Positions 9,941-18,365 of a stretch of 64,000 nt of DNA are shown one piece after another (within the stretch, counting starts at the first letter, position 1; each line of letters begins with the position of its first letter). The notes below the pieces were generated by a model. The model did not search any database and had not been told where the DNA came from. It was given only the letters and a program-made list of their open reading frames with translations. The stretch spans positions 62,001-126,000 of IMG/VR virus record IMGVR_UViG_3300042484_002457, one strand, 5' to 3'. A program made the position numbers and the translations under genes.

Positions 9941-10969
9941 ATGACTACACCTCGAATTGGCTTTTGTTGCAAGTGGCTCAATGACCCCAGTGAATGTGGG
10001 GGCATGAAGGTCAATGCAAAAGATCGGGACCTTAACGGGCGTTCAACTACCATGCGCTGGCTTCGTGAGCACAAGAGCGAAGCCGAACAGCGCCAATGGG
10101 ATATCATGAACCACAATGCTCGTGCAGCAGTGCTCATGATTGAACGTGTGGCCACCTTGCTCCCAGGTCGCAGAATGGTACGACTGGGCAGTGAAATGCT
10201 GCAAGGTTATACTCATGAGGATTGGATTCCTTTTTGGAAACAAGCTGATGTACAAGATCACTGTGCAAAGATTTTTGCACCTGTAGGCGAAACTGCTCGT
10301 AGACTAGGTGTGCGACTCAGCTTTCACCCCGGGCAGTTCTGTGTGCTTGCTAGTGAAAGTGACGAGATTGTTGAACGAAGCATCCTGGAATTTGAGTACC
10401 ATGCCGACATGGCTCGTTGGATGGGCTATGGCGCCACTTGGCACGATCATGGCTTTAAAATTAACGTGCATTTGAGTGGCAAGGGTGGTGTCACAAAATT
10501 CCTGCGATCATTGGGTCGCCTCACTCCCGAGGCCAGGAACTTAATTACCATCGAAAATGACGAGATGACTAATGGGATCGATTCTACTTTACTTGTGGCT
10601 GAGCATGTGGCTCTCGTACTGGATGTACACCATCATTGGATCAACTCGGGCGAATATATCAAGCCTGATGATGTTCGCGTTGCAAGGGTTGTTAACTCTT
10701 GGCGTGGCGTTCGCCCTGCTCTTCACTATTCAGTTAGCCGTGAAGATATTCTGGTTGGGCATGATGGAGGAGTTCGCCCAGACCTTGCTGCCCTTCTTGA
10801 TGCAGGTTTTAAAAAGCAAAAGCTACGGGCTCACAGTGATATGATGTGGAACACTGCATGCAATGACTGGATCTTGGGATTCTCTCCGCAGTTTGATATA
10901 CAATGCGAAGCCAAGGGCAAAAACTTAGCCAGTGAAATGCTGTACAACCAATGGCAGGCCAATGTATAG
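9941..10969 (+). CDS. uvsE: UV-damage endonuclease
   Basis: RLSFHPGQF, IENDE, LDVHHH, RAHSD, EAKGKN. Promoter TTGACC...TATAAT near 9906-9934. Confidence 0.9.
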   Translation: MTTPRIGFCCKWLNDPSECGGMKVNAKDRDLNGRSTTMRWLREHKSEAEQRQWDIMNHNARAAVLMIERVATLLPGRRMVRLGSEMLQGYTHEDWIPFWKQADVQDHCAKIFAPVGETARRLGVRLSFHPGQFCVLASESDEIVERSILEFEYHADMARWMGYGATWHDHGFKINVHLSGKGGVTKFLRSLGRLTPEARNLITIENDEMTNGIDSTLLVAEHVALVLDVHHHWINSGEYIKPDDVRVARVVNSWRGVRPALHYSVSREDILVGHDGGVRPDLAALLDAGFKKQKLRAHSDMMWNTACNDWILGFSPQFDIQCEAKGKNLASEMLYNQWQANV

Positions 10970-11252
10970 CATACTAACAGGAATTTTTGATTGGATACAC
11001 AGCGATTACAAAACTAACCGAATTAGATTTTGTGTGGAGGTGCTGGCTTGGGGTATTAGTATTGGGTGCTCTATCACCATGGCTGCTACTGTTCCAACTC
11101 CACCTTTATTGGCTCTTTATCCTATTTGGATTATAGGATGTGCTATGTATGCTTGGGCTAGTTATACTCGTAGATCGTTTGGTATGCTAGCCAACTACAT
11201 CTTGCTTACCACAATAGATAGTGTTGGCCTAGCTCGGATGCTATTGAACTAA
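10962..11252 (+). CDS. Small 3-TM membrane protein
   Basis: Three hydrophobic segments; overlaps the uvsE stop. Confidence 0.6.
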   Translation: MYSILTGIFDWIHSDYKTNRIRFCVEVLAWGISIGCSITMAATVPTPPLLALYPIWIIGCAMYAWASYTRRSFGMLANYILLTTIDSVGLARMLLN

Positions 11253-11960
11253 TTTTTCTAATACAACATCATTTATCCAGAAACTGTGGGCGTCAGTGAC
11301 TGGATGATTGCTTACAATGTTGAATTTTCGATCCTTTGCAAAGCTCAAAAATCCACGGTCATTTTGATAAAACACAAATCTGTTCCAGTCAATACAATCA
11401 AAAATCCAACTAAAATTGCCACTGTTTTGTGTTTGATTGTATGACTGTTCTACCAGATTATCTCTATCATAGGCTGTGGTAAAATAATATGGTATGTTTT
11501 TAATTTTAAAAAAATTCTCTAGATTATAAACAGTGGTCCAGTAGTTCAACAACGCAGATGTTGTACTGTAATAATATTTGAACCAATGTCGTTTGTGTCC
11601 ACGTATTTCCCCTCCAGACAACGAATATCCTTCAACATGATTTGACTGACCATCCAGTGTTACCAATGAAGGACTATGTCCATTTTGCCAACTAGCAATA
11701 GATATGCCACTGGCTCTCAATGGATGGTGTTGATCTAAGTACCAATCAAATCTGTCCACACTGGGCAACATCACAACAATTAAATCAGTGTCATTGCGAC
11801 TACAGTGGTACATTATTCGTTTGCTAACAAAATCAATGCCAGCACCGCGAGCTCCAAGATTTGTTAGTTTGTAATCAAGATGTTGTGCCAAATAATCAGC
11901 CCAAGTTTTTTGATAGTTGTCCAAGGTAAAACTGCACCCAGCTGTGACTAAGTTTTTCAT
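11241..11960 (-). CDS. SGNH/GDSL-hydrolase-like protein
   Basis: AGCSFT, NLGARGAG and C-terminal NHP...H blocks. Confidence 0.6.
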   Translation of the reverse strand: MKNLVTAGCSFTLDNYQKTWADYLAQHLDYKLTNLGARGAGIDFVSKRIMYHCSRNDTDLIVVMLPSVDRFDWYLDQHHPLRASGISIASWQNGHSPSLVTLDGQSNHVEGYSLSGGEIRGHKRHWFKYYYSTTSALLNYWTTVYNLENFFKIKNIPYYFTTAYDRDNLVEQSYNQTQNSGNFSWIFDCIDWNRFVFYQNDRGFLSFAKDRKFNIVSNHPVTDAHSFWINDVVLEKLVQ

Positions 11961-13063
11961 GGAACCAACTCCAACTGAGAAACAAAAAATTTGTACAGAT
12001 TTTTACCCAGGGTCCATCGGGCTGACTCCAATTCAGGGTGTAGTTGTGCTTGTATATCTTTGGCATTTTTGATCAATTCATGATTGGTGTCAATCATGGT
12101 TGTTAATCTTTTTTTATCAAAGTCAAAACCAGAGTCAAAACTAGAGATGGAATCATAAGTTGTGTTGGCAAATTTTGTTATATCAATATCATAAAATCTT
12201 TGTATCCAGGCCATGGAACCTGGTCTGCCATAGATCAAAAACAATTTGCCCAACAACGCAGGCCAGATACTTTTTTCTGTACTTTTAAAATTTCCAGTAA
12301 CGGTTTCAGGATTTATGGCCAAGGGTATGTTGTGATATTTTTGATCTATGTACAAGTAATTTTCAACATTTTTAGACACCCATACACCATTGATGTTGAC
12401 CTGCCTTGCTATCATTGGGTAATCAGGATTTGTAGTAGGATCGTAAACAATTTCTTGGTTGACCTGACAAAATTCTAATAGATCTTCGGGAAAACTACAA
12501 TTTCTATTCACTGTGATCAACCCATAACTGCTCAACTGTTTTTTGTGTAACTCTCGAGCCAGATCAGCTTTGTGGCTAGCTGAAGTATTGCCAATCAAAC
12601 AAAAAAAGTTGTGATTGTTGTCATTTGGCACAAAGTCTGTGGCTGTGTCAGCCACACGATAATAAGTCAAACAGTCGTTTAACAACACCCATGGTAGCTC
12701 TAGTATTTTGATACGGAACTGATGTTTTTTTCTATAAGACTCTTGAGCCGCATAATCCAACATGGTGATATAATAAACTGGACTGTTTACATAATTGTTG
12801 AGGATCCTGGTTAATTGTGCATTTACTGTAAATATCACATGCTCATCTTCGGCAATGATCACAACAGATCTGCCTTGAGCAAGTCCTTGTTGTATTTTGA
12901 TATCTAACCAATTGTAATTGTCCGGACTGTCCCACGAACGATTTTTTAACTTTATATCAATGATAAAAAGGTCTGGTCGATGGTGTTGTATAAAGCCCAA
13001 TGTATAATACCCAAAAAGAGTTTCGTACTCATTTAGATTTATATTTTCATACACCGGGTACAT
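11957..13063 (-). CDS. Hypothetical protein, possibly glycosyltransferase-like
   Basis: Start moved to ATG 13063 because the longer ORF overlaps 13077..13430. ET...TEKSIWP motif resembles 5324..6547. Confidence 0.55.
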   Translation of the reverse strand: MYPVYENINLNEYETLFGYYTLGFIQHHRPDLFIIDIKLKNRSWDSPDNYNWLDIKIQQGLAQGRSVVIIAEDEHVIFTVNAQLTRILNNYVNSPVYYITMLDYAAQESYRKKHQFRIKILELPWVLLNDCLTYYRVADTATDFVPNDNNHNFFCLIGNTSASHKADLARELHKKQLSSYGLITVNRNCSFPEDLLEFCQVNQEIVYDPTTNPDYPMIARQVNINGVWVSKNVENYLYIDQKYHNIPLAINPETVTGNFKSTEKSIWPALLGKLFLIYGRPGSMAWIQRFYDIDITKFANTTYDSISSFDSGFDFDKKRLTTMIDTNHELIKNAKDIQAQLHPELESARWTLGKNLYKFFVSQLELVP

Positions 13064-13076
13064 TAAACAAATACTG

Positions 13077-13430
13077 TTAAACTGATTTCTTTTTAGCGGG
13101 CGCTTTTTTAGCAACCGGCTGTTTGACAGCAGGTTGTTTGGTAGCAACGGGCTTTTTGACAGCAGGCCTCTTGGGGGCTGTTGGCTTGGATTTGTTGTCA
13201 GGATGTGCGACCCACTCTTCAGCAGTGAGCTTGTGCAGACCCACACAGAATCCAGTTGTGCTGCGACCGCAGCCGCAGCGGGCTGGCTCGGGCTTGCTGG
13301 GTGCCACTTGGGTAATAATTGGTGCAACGTCTACAGACACTGTTGCCGGTGCAGGCAGTTCTACTTTGTAGGGCGCCTGGGGTTCCTGGGTGGTGTGCTT
13401 ACCAAAAAAACTTTTTAAAAATCGTAACAT
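13077..13430 (-). CDS. CDGSH-like Fe-S motif protein with Lys/Ala/Pro-rich tail
   Basis: CGCGRSTTGFCVGLH vs C-x-C-x2-S-x3-P-x-C-D-G-S-H; KKPVA repeats; GGAGA RBS; TAAATA at 13448-13453. Confidence 0.6.
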   Translation of the reverse strand: MLRFLKSFFGKHTTQEPQAPYKVELPAPATVSVDVAPIITQVAPSKPEPARCGCGRSTTGFCVGLHKLTAEEWVAHPDNKSKPTAPKRPAVKKPVATKQPAVKQPVAKKAPAKKKSV

Positions 13431-13509
13431 AGTGTTCTCCTATCAAGTATTTACTACCGTTTGCAAAATTTGAAAATAAAATTAGTGAGCGATCACTAAA
13501 GTGCTGAAA

Positions 13510-13530
13510 AAATGCTGCGACCGCACATTT
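13510..13530. promoter_or_regulatory. PhaR-like box AAATG-CTGCGACCGCA-CATTT
   Basis: TGC-N4-GCA core with inverted flanks, directly upstream of TAAATA and the phasin-like gene. Confidence 0.4.
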
Positions 13531-13615
13531 CCTCCATAAATATATGTTACAATAACACATAGGACGCTGGATAGGCCGGGTCCTATATAAACCTCGCTTA
13601 AATTAGGAGAAACAC

Positions 13616-13891
13616 ATGTTTACAGCAGACGCAATCATCGACACCGTTCAAACCAGTAAAAAGACTTTTGTCAAGACTTTTGTACAAAACGAAACAGCAG
13701 CCAAGGCCATGAATGAGTTCATTGACGCTCAAGCTGACTACACCAAGAAGGCAGCTCGAGTTGGAATGGACACATTTACTACACTCAGCACCGAAATGGT
13801 CAAAGCTGGTCAGAACGCTATGAAATTTGACTACACCAAATTTGGTGAAGGCATCATGAAAGCTTACACAGCTACCGCAGCCAAAAAGTAA
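13616..13891 (+). CDS. Phasin-like protein
   Basis: Small Ala/Thr/Lys-rich amphipathic helical protein; AGGAGA RBS; 5' hairpin ataggac...gtcctat at 13559-13586. Confidence 0.5.
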   Translation: MFTADAIIDTVQTSKKTFVKTFVQNETAAKAMNEFIDAQADYTKKAARVGMDTFTTLSTEMVKAGQNAMKFDYTKFGEGIMKAYTATAAKK

Positions 13892-13909
13892 TACTCAAGT
13901 GTTACATTT

Positions 13910-13937
13910 AGAGCCCCGCAAGGGGCTTTTCTTTTGG
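13910..13937 (+). terminator. Intrinsic terminator, copy 1 of a 28-bp direct repeat
   Basis: AGCCCC-GCAA-GGGGCT followed by a T-tract; identical to 15051-15078. Confidence 0.9.
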
Positions 13938-13953
13938 CAAAATTGTTGTGTGT

Positions 13954-13971
13954 TTGTAACAAAATTGTAAC
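13954..13971 (+). promoter_or_regulatory. Pho box
   Basis: TTGTAAC-AAAA-TTGTAAC, an 11-bp-period direct repeat resembling CTGTCAT-AAAA-CTGTCAT, upstream of pstS. Confidence 0.7.
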
Positions 13972-14017
13972 ACATTTTGACCTAAATACATGTGTCACTA
14001 ACACAAGGAGACTCACA

Positions 14018-15022
14018 GTGAAAAAACTATTTGCTATTCTCGTAGCCGCAGTAACAATTTCTGCACAGGCTGCAGACATCACAGGGGCAGGTGCCACCTT
14101 CCCTTATCCAATCTATGCCAAGTGGGCTGAAGGCTACAAAAAAGCCACAGGCACTGGTATGAACTATCAAAGTATCGGATCATCGGGCGGCATTCGTCAA
14201 ATCAACGCAAAGACTGTGGACTTTGGTGCCACAGATGCTCCAGTAAGCGGTGAAAATTTGGACAAGCAAGGGCAAGTACAGTTTCCTGCAATCATTGGCG
14301 GAACAGTTCCTGTTGTTAATCTAGATGGTTTTAAACCAGGTGAACTACGCATCACAGGACCAGTCATGGCCGAAGTGTTCTTGGGCACGATCAATCGGTG
14401 GAATGATCCCAAACTTGTAGCATTGAATCCAGGTAAGACATTGCCCAACACAGAAATCACCATTGTACATCGTGCTGATGGTTCAGGTACAACATTCAAC
14501 TGGACAGACTATCTTGCCACAGTAAGCCCAGAGTGGCTACAACGTGTGGGTCGTGGTGCCGCAGTCAAGTGGCCAGCAGCCACGTCAGTAGGTGGCAAAG
14601 GCAACGAAGGTGTGGCTGCCAACGTGAACCGCATCAAAGGTTCAATTGGTTATGTAGAGTATGCTTATGTCAAGAAAAACAACATGACATTCCTGCAACT
14701 ACAAAATCGATCAGGACGGTATGTTAGTCCAGATGATTCAACATTTGCCGCAGCCGCAGATGGTGCTGATTGGTTCTCAGTTCCTGGTATGGGATTGAGC
14801 ATTGTGGATCAACGTAATCCTGCGGCTTGGCCAGTGAGTTCAGCAAGTTTTATCATCATGTACAAGACCCCTGCCAACAAGGCCAACAGTGACGAAGTGT
14901 TAAAATTCTTTGACTGGGCATTTAAGAATGGCAAGAAAGATGCTGCTGACTTGGACTATGTGGCATTACCTGACACGTTGACACGTCAGATCCGTGAGCG
15001 TGTTTGGACACAGATCAAGTAA
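14018..15022 (+). CDS. pstS: Phosphate ABC transporter substrate-binding protein
   Basis: GTG start after AAGGAG; signal peptide; GAGATFP, YQSIGSSGG, RADGSGTT, IGYVE. Confidence 0.97.
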   Translation: MKKLFAILVAAVTISAQAADITGAGATFPYPIYAKWAEGYKKATGTGMNYQSIGSSGGIRQINAKTVDFGATDAPVSGENLDKQGQVQFPAIIGGTVPVVNLDGFKPGELRITGPVMAEVFLGTINRWNDPKLVALNPGKTLPNTEITIVHRADGSGTTFNWTDYLATVSPEWLQRVGRGAAVKWPAATSVGGKGNEGVAANVNRIKGSIGYVEYAYVKKNNMTFLQLQNRSGRYVSPDDSTFAAAADGADWFSVPGMGLSIVDQRNPAAWPVSSASFIIMYKTPANKANSDEVLKFFDWAFKNGKKDAADLDYVALPDTLTRQIRERVWTQIK

Positions 15023-15050
15023 CCAGCAAGTATACAAAAGTACTACAACA

Positions 15051-15078
15051 AGAGCCCCGCAAGGGGCTTTTCTTTTGG
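15051..15078 (+). terminator. Intrinsic terminator, copy 2
   Basis: Identical to 13910-13937. Confidence 0.9.
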
Positions 15079-15107
15079 TTGACTCAAAATGCCCAATTTG
15101 CTACAAT
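15079..15107 (+). promoter_or_regulatory. Sigma70 early promoter (cassette family)
   Basis: TTGACT-17-TACAAT with the conserved cccaatttg spacer. Confidence 0.8.
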
Positions 15108-15135
15108 AGTGGCTTAACAACACACAGGAGTCACT

Positions 15136-15336
15136 ATGTTTGAACCCGGACTTGTTGCACGATGCGCAGTACTAAAACGCAAACTTCAGCGCGAGTTTGA
15201 GGCTCGTCCGGCTGTGACACTGGAGCGTGAATGCCGCTGGCAAAAAATTGGTGTGTCACAAGTGTGCCGCCGGTTGGCCCAAAGGTATCGCTTGCCTGTG
15301 TACAAAGTTGTTCAATTGTGCCACCCTTGTTTGTGA
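15136..15336 (+). CDS. Hypothetical protein
   Basis: AGGAG RBS after the promoter. Confidence 0.6.
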   Translation: MFEPGLVARCAVLKRKLQREFEARPAVTLERECRWQKIGVSQVCRRLAQRYRLPVYKVVQLCHPCL

Positions 15337-15343
15337 AATGTTT

Positions 15344-15428
15344 GTAGTACTTGAGTACTACAAACATTTTGGTTGACTCGAAATGCCCAATTTGCTATAA
15401 TACATACATACACAGCAATAAACAGGAG
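15344..15428 (+). promoter_or_regulatory. Palindrome + sigma70 promoter + RBS cassette
   Basis: GTAGTACTTGAGTACTAC; TTGACT 15373; TATAAT 15396; AGGAG. Confidence 0.88.
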
Positions 15429-15431
15429 TAG

Positions 15432-15617
15432 ATGATGCGTAGAACAGCAGCAGATCGACAGGCAGAAGCCGCCCGTGCCCAGCAAATGACTGAACAGGCC
15501 CAACCGCGTGTCCAGGACCGCAAGACTGGTGAATACTACAACCCACAAGAAGCCTTTGACGCTATGATGAACAAGCCCGAGATCCTGGCAGTGTTCAAGC
15601 GTTTGGCCATTCGTTAA
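15432..15617 (+). CDS. Hypothetical protein
   Basis: Follows the cassette RBS. Confidence 0.65.
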   Translation: MMRRTAADRQAEAARAQQMTEQAQPRVQDRKTGEYYNPQEAFDAMMNKPEILAVFKRLAIR

Positions 15618-15626
15618 GGAGTTGAT

Positions 15627-15836
15627 ATGAACGAACGAATTAAGGAACTAGCCGATAAGGCAGGTGTACGAAGCATCTATTTCGAAGGCGAAAGTATTCA
15701 AAAACTTGCCGAGTTGATTGTGAAAGAATTTTCAAAGCAGGTTCAAATTGAAGGTCGCTTTGGGCTCGAACGAGACCAGACTTTGATTCGGCTTTGCTGT
15801 GAAAATGCCAAGAAACATTTCGGAGTTGAGGAATGA
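15627..15836 (+). CDS. MNERI/KFAELIV/HFGVEE microprotein 1
   Basis: Three conserved blocks shared with five other ORFs. Confidence 0.8.
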   Translation: MNERIKELADKAGVRSIYFEGESIQKLAELIVKEFSKQVQIEGRFGLERDQTLIRLCCENAKKHFGVEE

Positions 15837-16072
15837 ACGAACGAATTCGAGAACTTGCTGAACAGGCTGGATTTTATTTTTACGATATGCACGATATTGA
15901 CGGCCAAGACTTAGGTGAATCTATTGAAGCGGATAAGTGGTCTGTTGCCGAAAAGTTCGCCGAGTTGATTGTGAAAGAATGTCAAACGGTTGTTGAATGG
16001 GCAATCAGTGTAGATTCTACAATCGACCGAGTGCCTATGTTGATCCAAGAACATTTCGGAGTTGAAGAATGA
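15833..16072 (+). CDS. HFGVEE-family microprotein 2
   Basis: MNERIRELA...EKFAELIVKEC...HFGVEE. Confidence 0.8.
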   Translation: MNERIRELAEQAGFYFYDMHDIDGQDLGESIEADKWSVAEKFAELIVKECQTVVEWAISVDSTIDRVPMLIQEHFGVEE

Positions 16073-16224
16073 ACCTACGTGAAATGATGACTGAGCGAGT
16101 CCTGTTTGCAGTTGATGAGGATGCCCTGGCCACAGAGTTCAGCATCAGCCCGGACGAGATTGCCACACTCAGCGATCTGGACTTCCTGGAACTGTTTGAA
16201 CAGGTCACTGGATTTAATGGTTAA
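16069..16224 (+). CDS. 51-aa acidic hypothetical protein (not in ORF track)
   Basis: Starts in the junction ATGA; MNLREMMTERVLFAVDEDAL... Confidence 0.65.
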   Translation: MNLREMMTERVLFAVDEDALATEFSISPDEIATLSDLDFLELFEQVTGFNG

Positions 16225-16250
16225 CAGAGCGTCCAAAAAGGAGTATTGAC

Positions 16251-16496
16251 ATGGGATGGGTAGTTTACGAGGTTGAGTCTGGTCGCATGATCAAGTATTA
16301 CAAAACGCCCAGCCCAGCCAAGTCTGAAGTAACACGACAGAAAAATTTTACCCGTGAAATGCAGGCTCAGTACCGTAACCATCGTGTTCGTGAGTACGCA
16401 GCCTGCTCATATCGTGACTATGAAGGTCAGTTGATGGGCCTGCGTGGTGCAGACTTTAAATTTTGGCAATTTTGCAACGCACAACCCAACACTTGA
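16251..16496 (+). CDS. Hypothetical protein
   Basis: AAGGAG RBS. Confidence 0.65.
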   Translation: MGWVVYEVESGRMIKYYKTPSPAKSEVTRQKNFTREMQAQYRNHRVREYAACSYRDYEGQLMGLRGADFKFWQFCNAQPNT

Positions 16497-16521
16497 CCAA
16501 TAATGCTTGTTTTGCTATAAT
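16493..16521 (+). promoter_or_regulatory. Sigma70 promoter
   Basis: TTGACC-17-TATAAT with extended TG; ATG 9 nt downstream. Confidence 0.8.
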
Positions 16522-16530
16522 TACACTGTT

Positions 16531-16680
16531 ATGAAGCCCATATCTTTTGTACTGCAACCACCACGTCAGCGTCGACATCAAGCACTGTTTGATTCGGACT
16601 TGCCGTTTCGTGGCCGTGCGGAACAGCCCAAAACAGTGTACAAACGCCAACCCAAACACCGAAAGACTGAACAGGAATAA
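16531..16680 (+). CDS. 49-aa ArfA-like protein (not in ORF track)
   Basis: ALFDSDLPFRGRAEQPKTVYKRQPKH resembles the ArfA core ALLHDPLFRQRVE...YMRKGKH. Confidence 0.55.
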   Translation: MKPISFVLQPPRQRRHQALFDSDLPFRGRAEQPKTVYKRQPKHRKTEQE

Positions 16681-16681
16681 C

Positions 16682-16909
16682 ATGACTGTACCAAACGAAC
16701 GCACCCGAGCAGTGATACATACCGAGCGGTTCTTGAGTGATCTCCTGGACCCAAAAAAGACGCCGCGAGTACCTCGTGCCATTCGACAACGTGCCAGTTC
16801 ATTGTTGAGACATTACCCCGGTGAGTTCCACATGAACACAATTGCGGATCGCGAAGATGCTGCTGATCACAGTTTGTCAATCAAGGTTTTTGGAAAGAGC
16901 TGGTCATGA
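16682..16909 (+). CDS. BPSL0761-like hypothetical protein
   Basis: MT.P.ERTRAV...FL..L...VP..IR..A..LLRHYP. Confidence 0.6.
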   Translation: MTVPNERTRAVIHTERFLSDLLDPKKTPRVPRAIRQRASSLLRHYPGEFHMNTIADREDAADHSLSIKVFGKSWS

Positions 16910-17145
16910 ACAAACGAATTCGAGAACTTCATATACAGGCGCAACAAGAGGCATGGAATGAACCAATCGATATTGAAAATTGTGCAGTAGAAGATATAAA
17001 AGGATTCAGTCAACAAGTTTACGAAAAGTTCGCTGAGTTGATTGTTCTCGATACAATTAAAAATTGTCGTGATATGTTTATGGTGAATAGTGTTAGTTGG
17101 AATCTCTTAAATGAGAAACTAGAACATTTCGGAGTTGAAGAATGA
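16906..17145 (+). CDS. HFGVEE-family microprotein 3
   Basis: MNKRIREL...EKFAELIV...HFGVEE. Confidence 0.8.
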   Translation: MNKRIRELHIQAQQEAWNEPIDIENCAVEDIKGFSQQVYEKFAELIVLDTIKNCRDMFMVNSVSWNLLNEKLEHFGVEE

Positions 17146-17372
17146 ACCAAGTTTTAGTAAACCTGCTGTCTAATCGAGCAGTAAGATTGGGTGAGCACTC
17201 TTGGCAATGGGCCGAGAAAAAGACTGGCAATCCTTCCTTGAAAAATTCTGTGACTTCTCGTATGTTTCGGTCCGATCTTGTAGAAGTGGTCGGTGCAGAA
17301 ATGAAACTTACTGCTATGGGTCGTATACAAGCAGAACAACATTTCGGAGTTGAGGAATGTTTAAGAAGCTAA
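17142..17372 (+). CDS. Unrelated ORF carrying the HFGVEE tail
   Basis: Bounded by two junction repeats; reads through HFGVEE into CLRS. Confidence 0.65.
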   Translation: MNQVLVNLLSNRAVRLGEHSWQWAEKKTGNPSLKNSVTSRMFRSDLVEVVGAEMKLTAMGRIQAEQHFGVEECLRS

Positions 17373-17587
17373 TTGACATATTCAAAGAGCCCGAGCATGG
17401 CATAGTGAAGTTGAGTTTTATTGCCCTGGACGAGAATGGAGAACCCTATGAGGATATTGCAACAATGCCATATCATACACAATACATTCAAAGTGATGTG
17501 GAAGCAAAGTTTGTGGCATTCATGAGTTTACGGAATCACCGAGTTGTTGAAATCACAATACTAGAAGTAATTAAAACAAGTGGATAA
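17357..17587 (+). CDS. Hypothetical protein, paralog of 25856..26119
   Basis: G.VKL.FIA.D...EPYED.AT.PY shared. Confidence 0.7.
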   Translation: MFKKLIDIFKEPEHGIVKLSFIALDENGEPYEDIATMPYHTQYIQSDVEAKFVAFMSLRNHRVVEITILEVIKTSG

Positions 17588-17591
17588 TATA

Positions 17592-17801
17592 ATGAACGAA
17601 CGAATTCAAAAACTTGCTAGAGAGGCTGCTTTGGCCGAAAGCTGGGGACCCGGAGTTTGGCAAACCACATTTACTGAAAAGTTCGCCGAGTTGATTGTGA
17701 AGGAAACCATGCAGGTTGTTGCTAACCAATTGCCTAGCAATCAGTATCTTGATGTAGCCCATGCAGTAATTGAGCATTATAAGGATGACGATGTTACTTG
17801 A
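17592..17801 (+). CDS. HFGVEE-family microprotein 4, tail replaced
   Basis: MNERIQKLA...EKFAELIVKE; ends EHYKDDDVT. Confidence 0.75.
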   Translation: MNERIQKLAREAALAESWGPGVWQTTFTEKFAELIVKETMQVVANQLPSNQYLDVAHAVIEHYKDDDVT

Positions 17802-17901
17802 AATTTTACTGTTTGTTATTGGAGTAATTGGTTTGATTTTGCTCTTTCGTTGGGTAGACAAGGTTAGAACCGATCCTTTAGACTACCCTCAGGATTATTA
17901 A
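17791..17901 (+). CDS. 36-aa single-TM protein (not in ORF track)
   Basis: MLLEILLFVIGVIGLILLFRWVDK...; AAGGA RBS. Confidence 0.5.
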   Translation: MLLEILLFVIGVIGLILLFRWVDKVRTDPLDYPQDY

Positions 17902-17922
17902 GAAACATTTCGGAGTTGAAGA

Positions 17923-18090
17923 ATGAAAATAACCATGACAGGTGAGCACGAAGGTAAATCTGTAACGATTGCCGTTTGGGAATATTCTCCCGAGATTGTT
18001 AAAGGCAATCCTATCGAAGTAGAAGAAAAATTATGGCTTGCTATCAAACAGCAAATGACCCACTACATTAAGAAGGTGATTGAAGAATGA
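17923..18090 (+). CDS. 55-aa hypothetical protein (not in ORF track)
   Basis: Starts in the junction repeat at 17904; ends ...IEE with ATGA overlap. Confidence 0.6.
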   Translation: MKITMTGEHEGKSVTIAVWEYSPEIVKGNPIEVEEKLWLAIKQQMTHYIKKVIEE

Positions 18091-18365
18091 ACAAACAACT
18101 GATTAGAGATTTAGCCATCACAGGTGGCATTTATGATTGTATTTGTGATCCTTACGACAAGTTAAAGAACGGTGATTACTACAGTAGTGTAATGGTTGAT
18201 TTGGAGCGTTTCGCTGAGAAGATTGTGAAAGAATGTACTGAACAAATCAAGACACAGGGTATCAGCGCCTCTAGTGAAGATTATGGCGATTATGAAATAG
18301 GATTTAACGCAGGGTTATTTCATGCTCTCTACACAATCAAACAACATTTCGGAGTTGAAGAATGA
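18087..18365 (+). CDS. HFGVEE-family microprotein 5
   Basis: ERFAEKIVKEC...HFGVEE. Confidence 0.8.
   Translation: MNKQLIRDLAITGGIYDCICDPYDKLKNGDYYSSVMVDLERFAEKIVKECTEQIKTQGISASSEDYGDYEIGFNAGLFHALYTIKQHFGVEE

Noticed and set aside
13064-13327. N-terminal extension of ORF 11957..13327
   Set aside because: Overlaps the better-supported 13077..13430 gene in another frame; ATG at 13063 is the plausible start.
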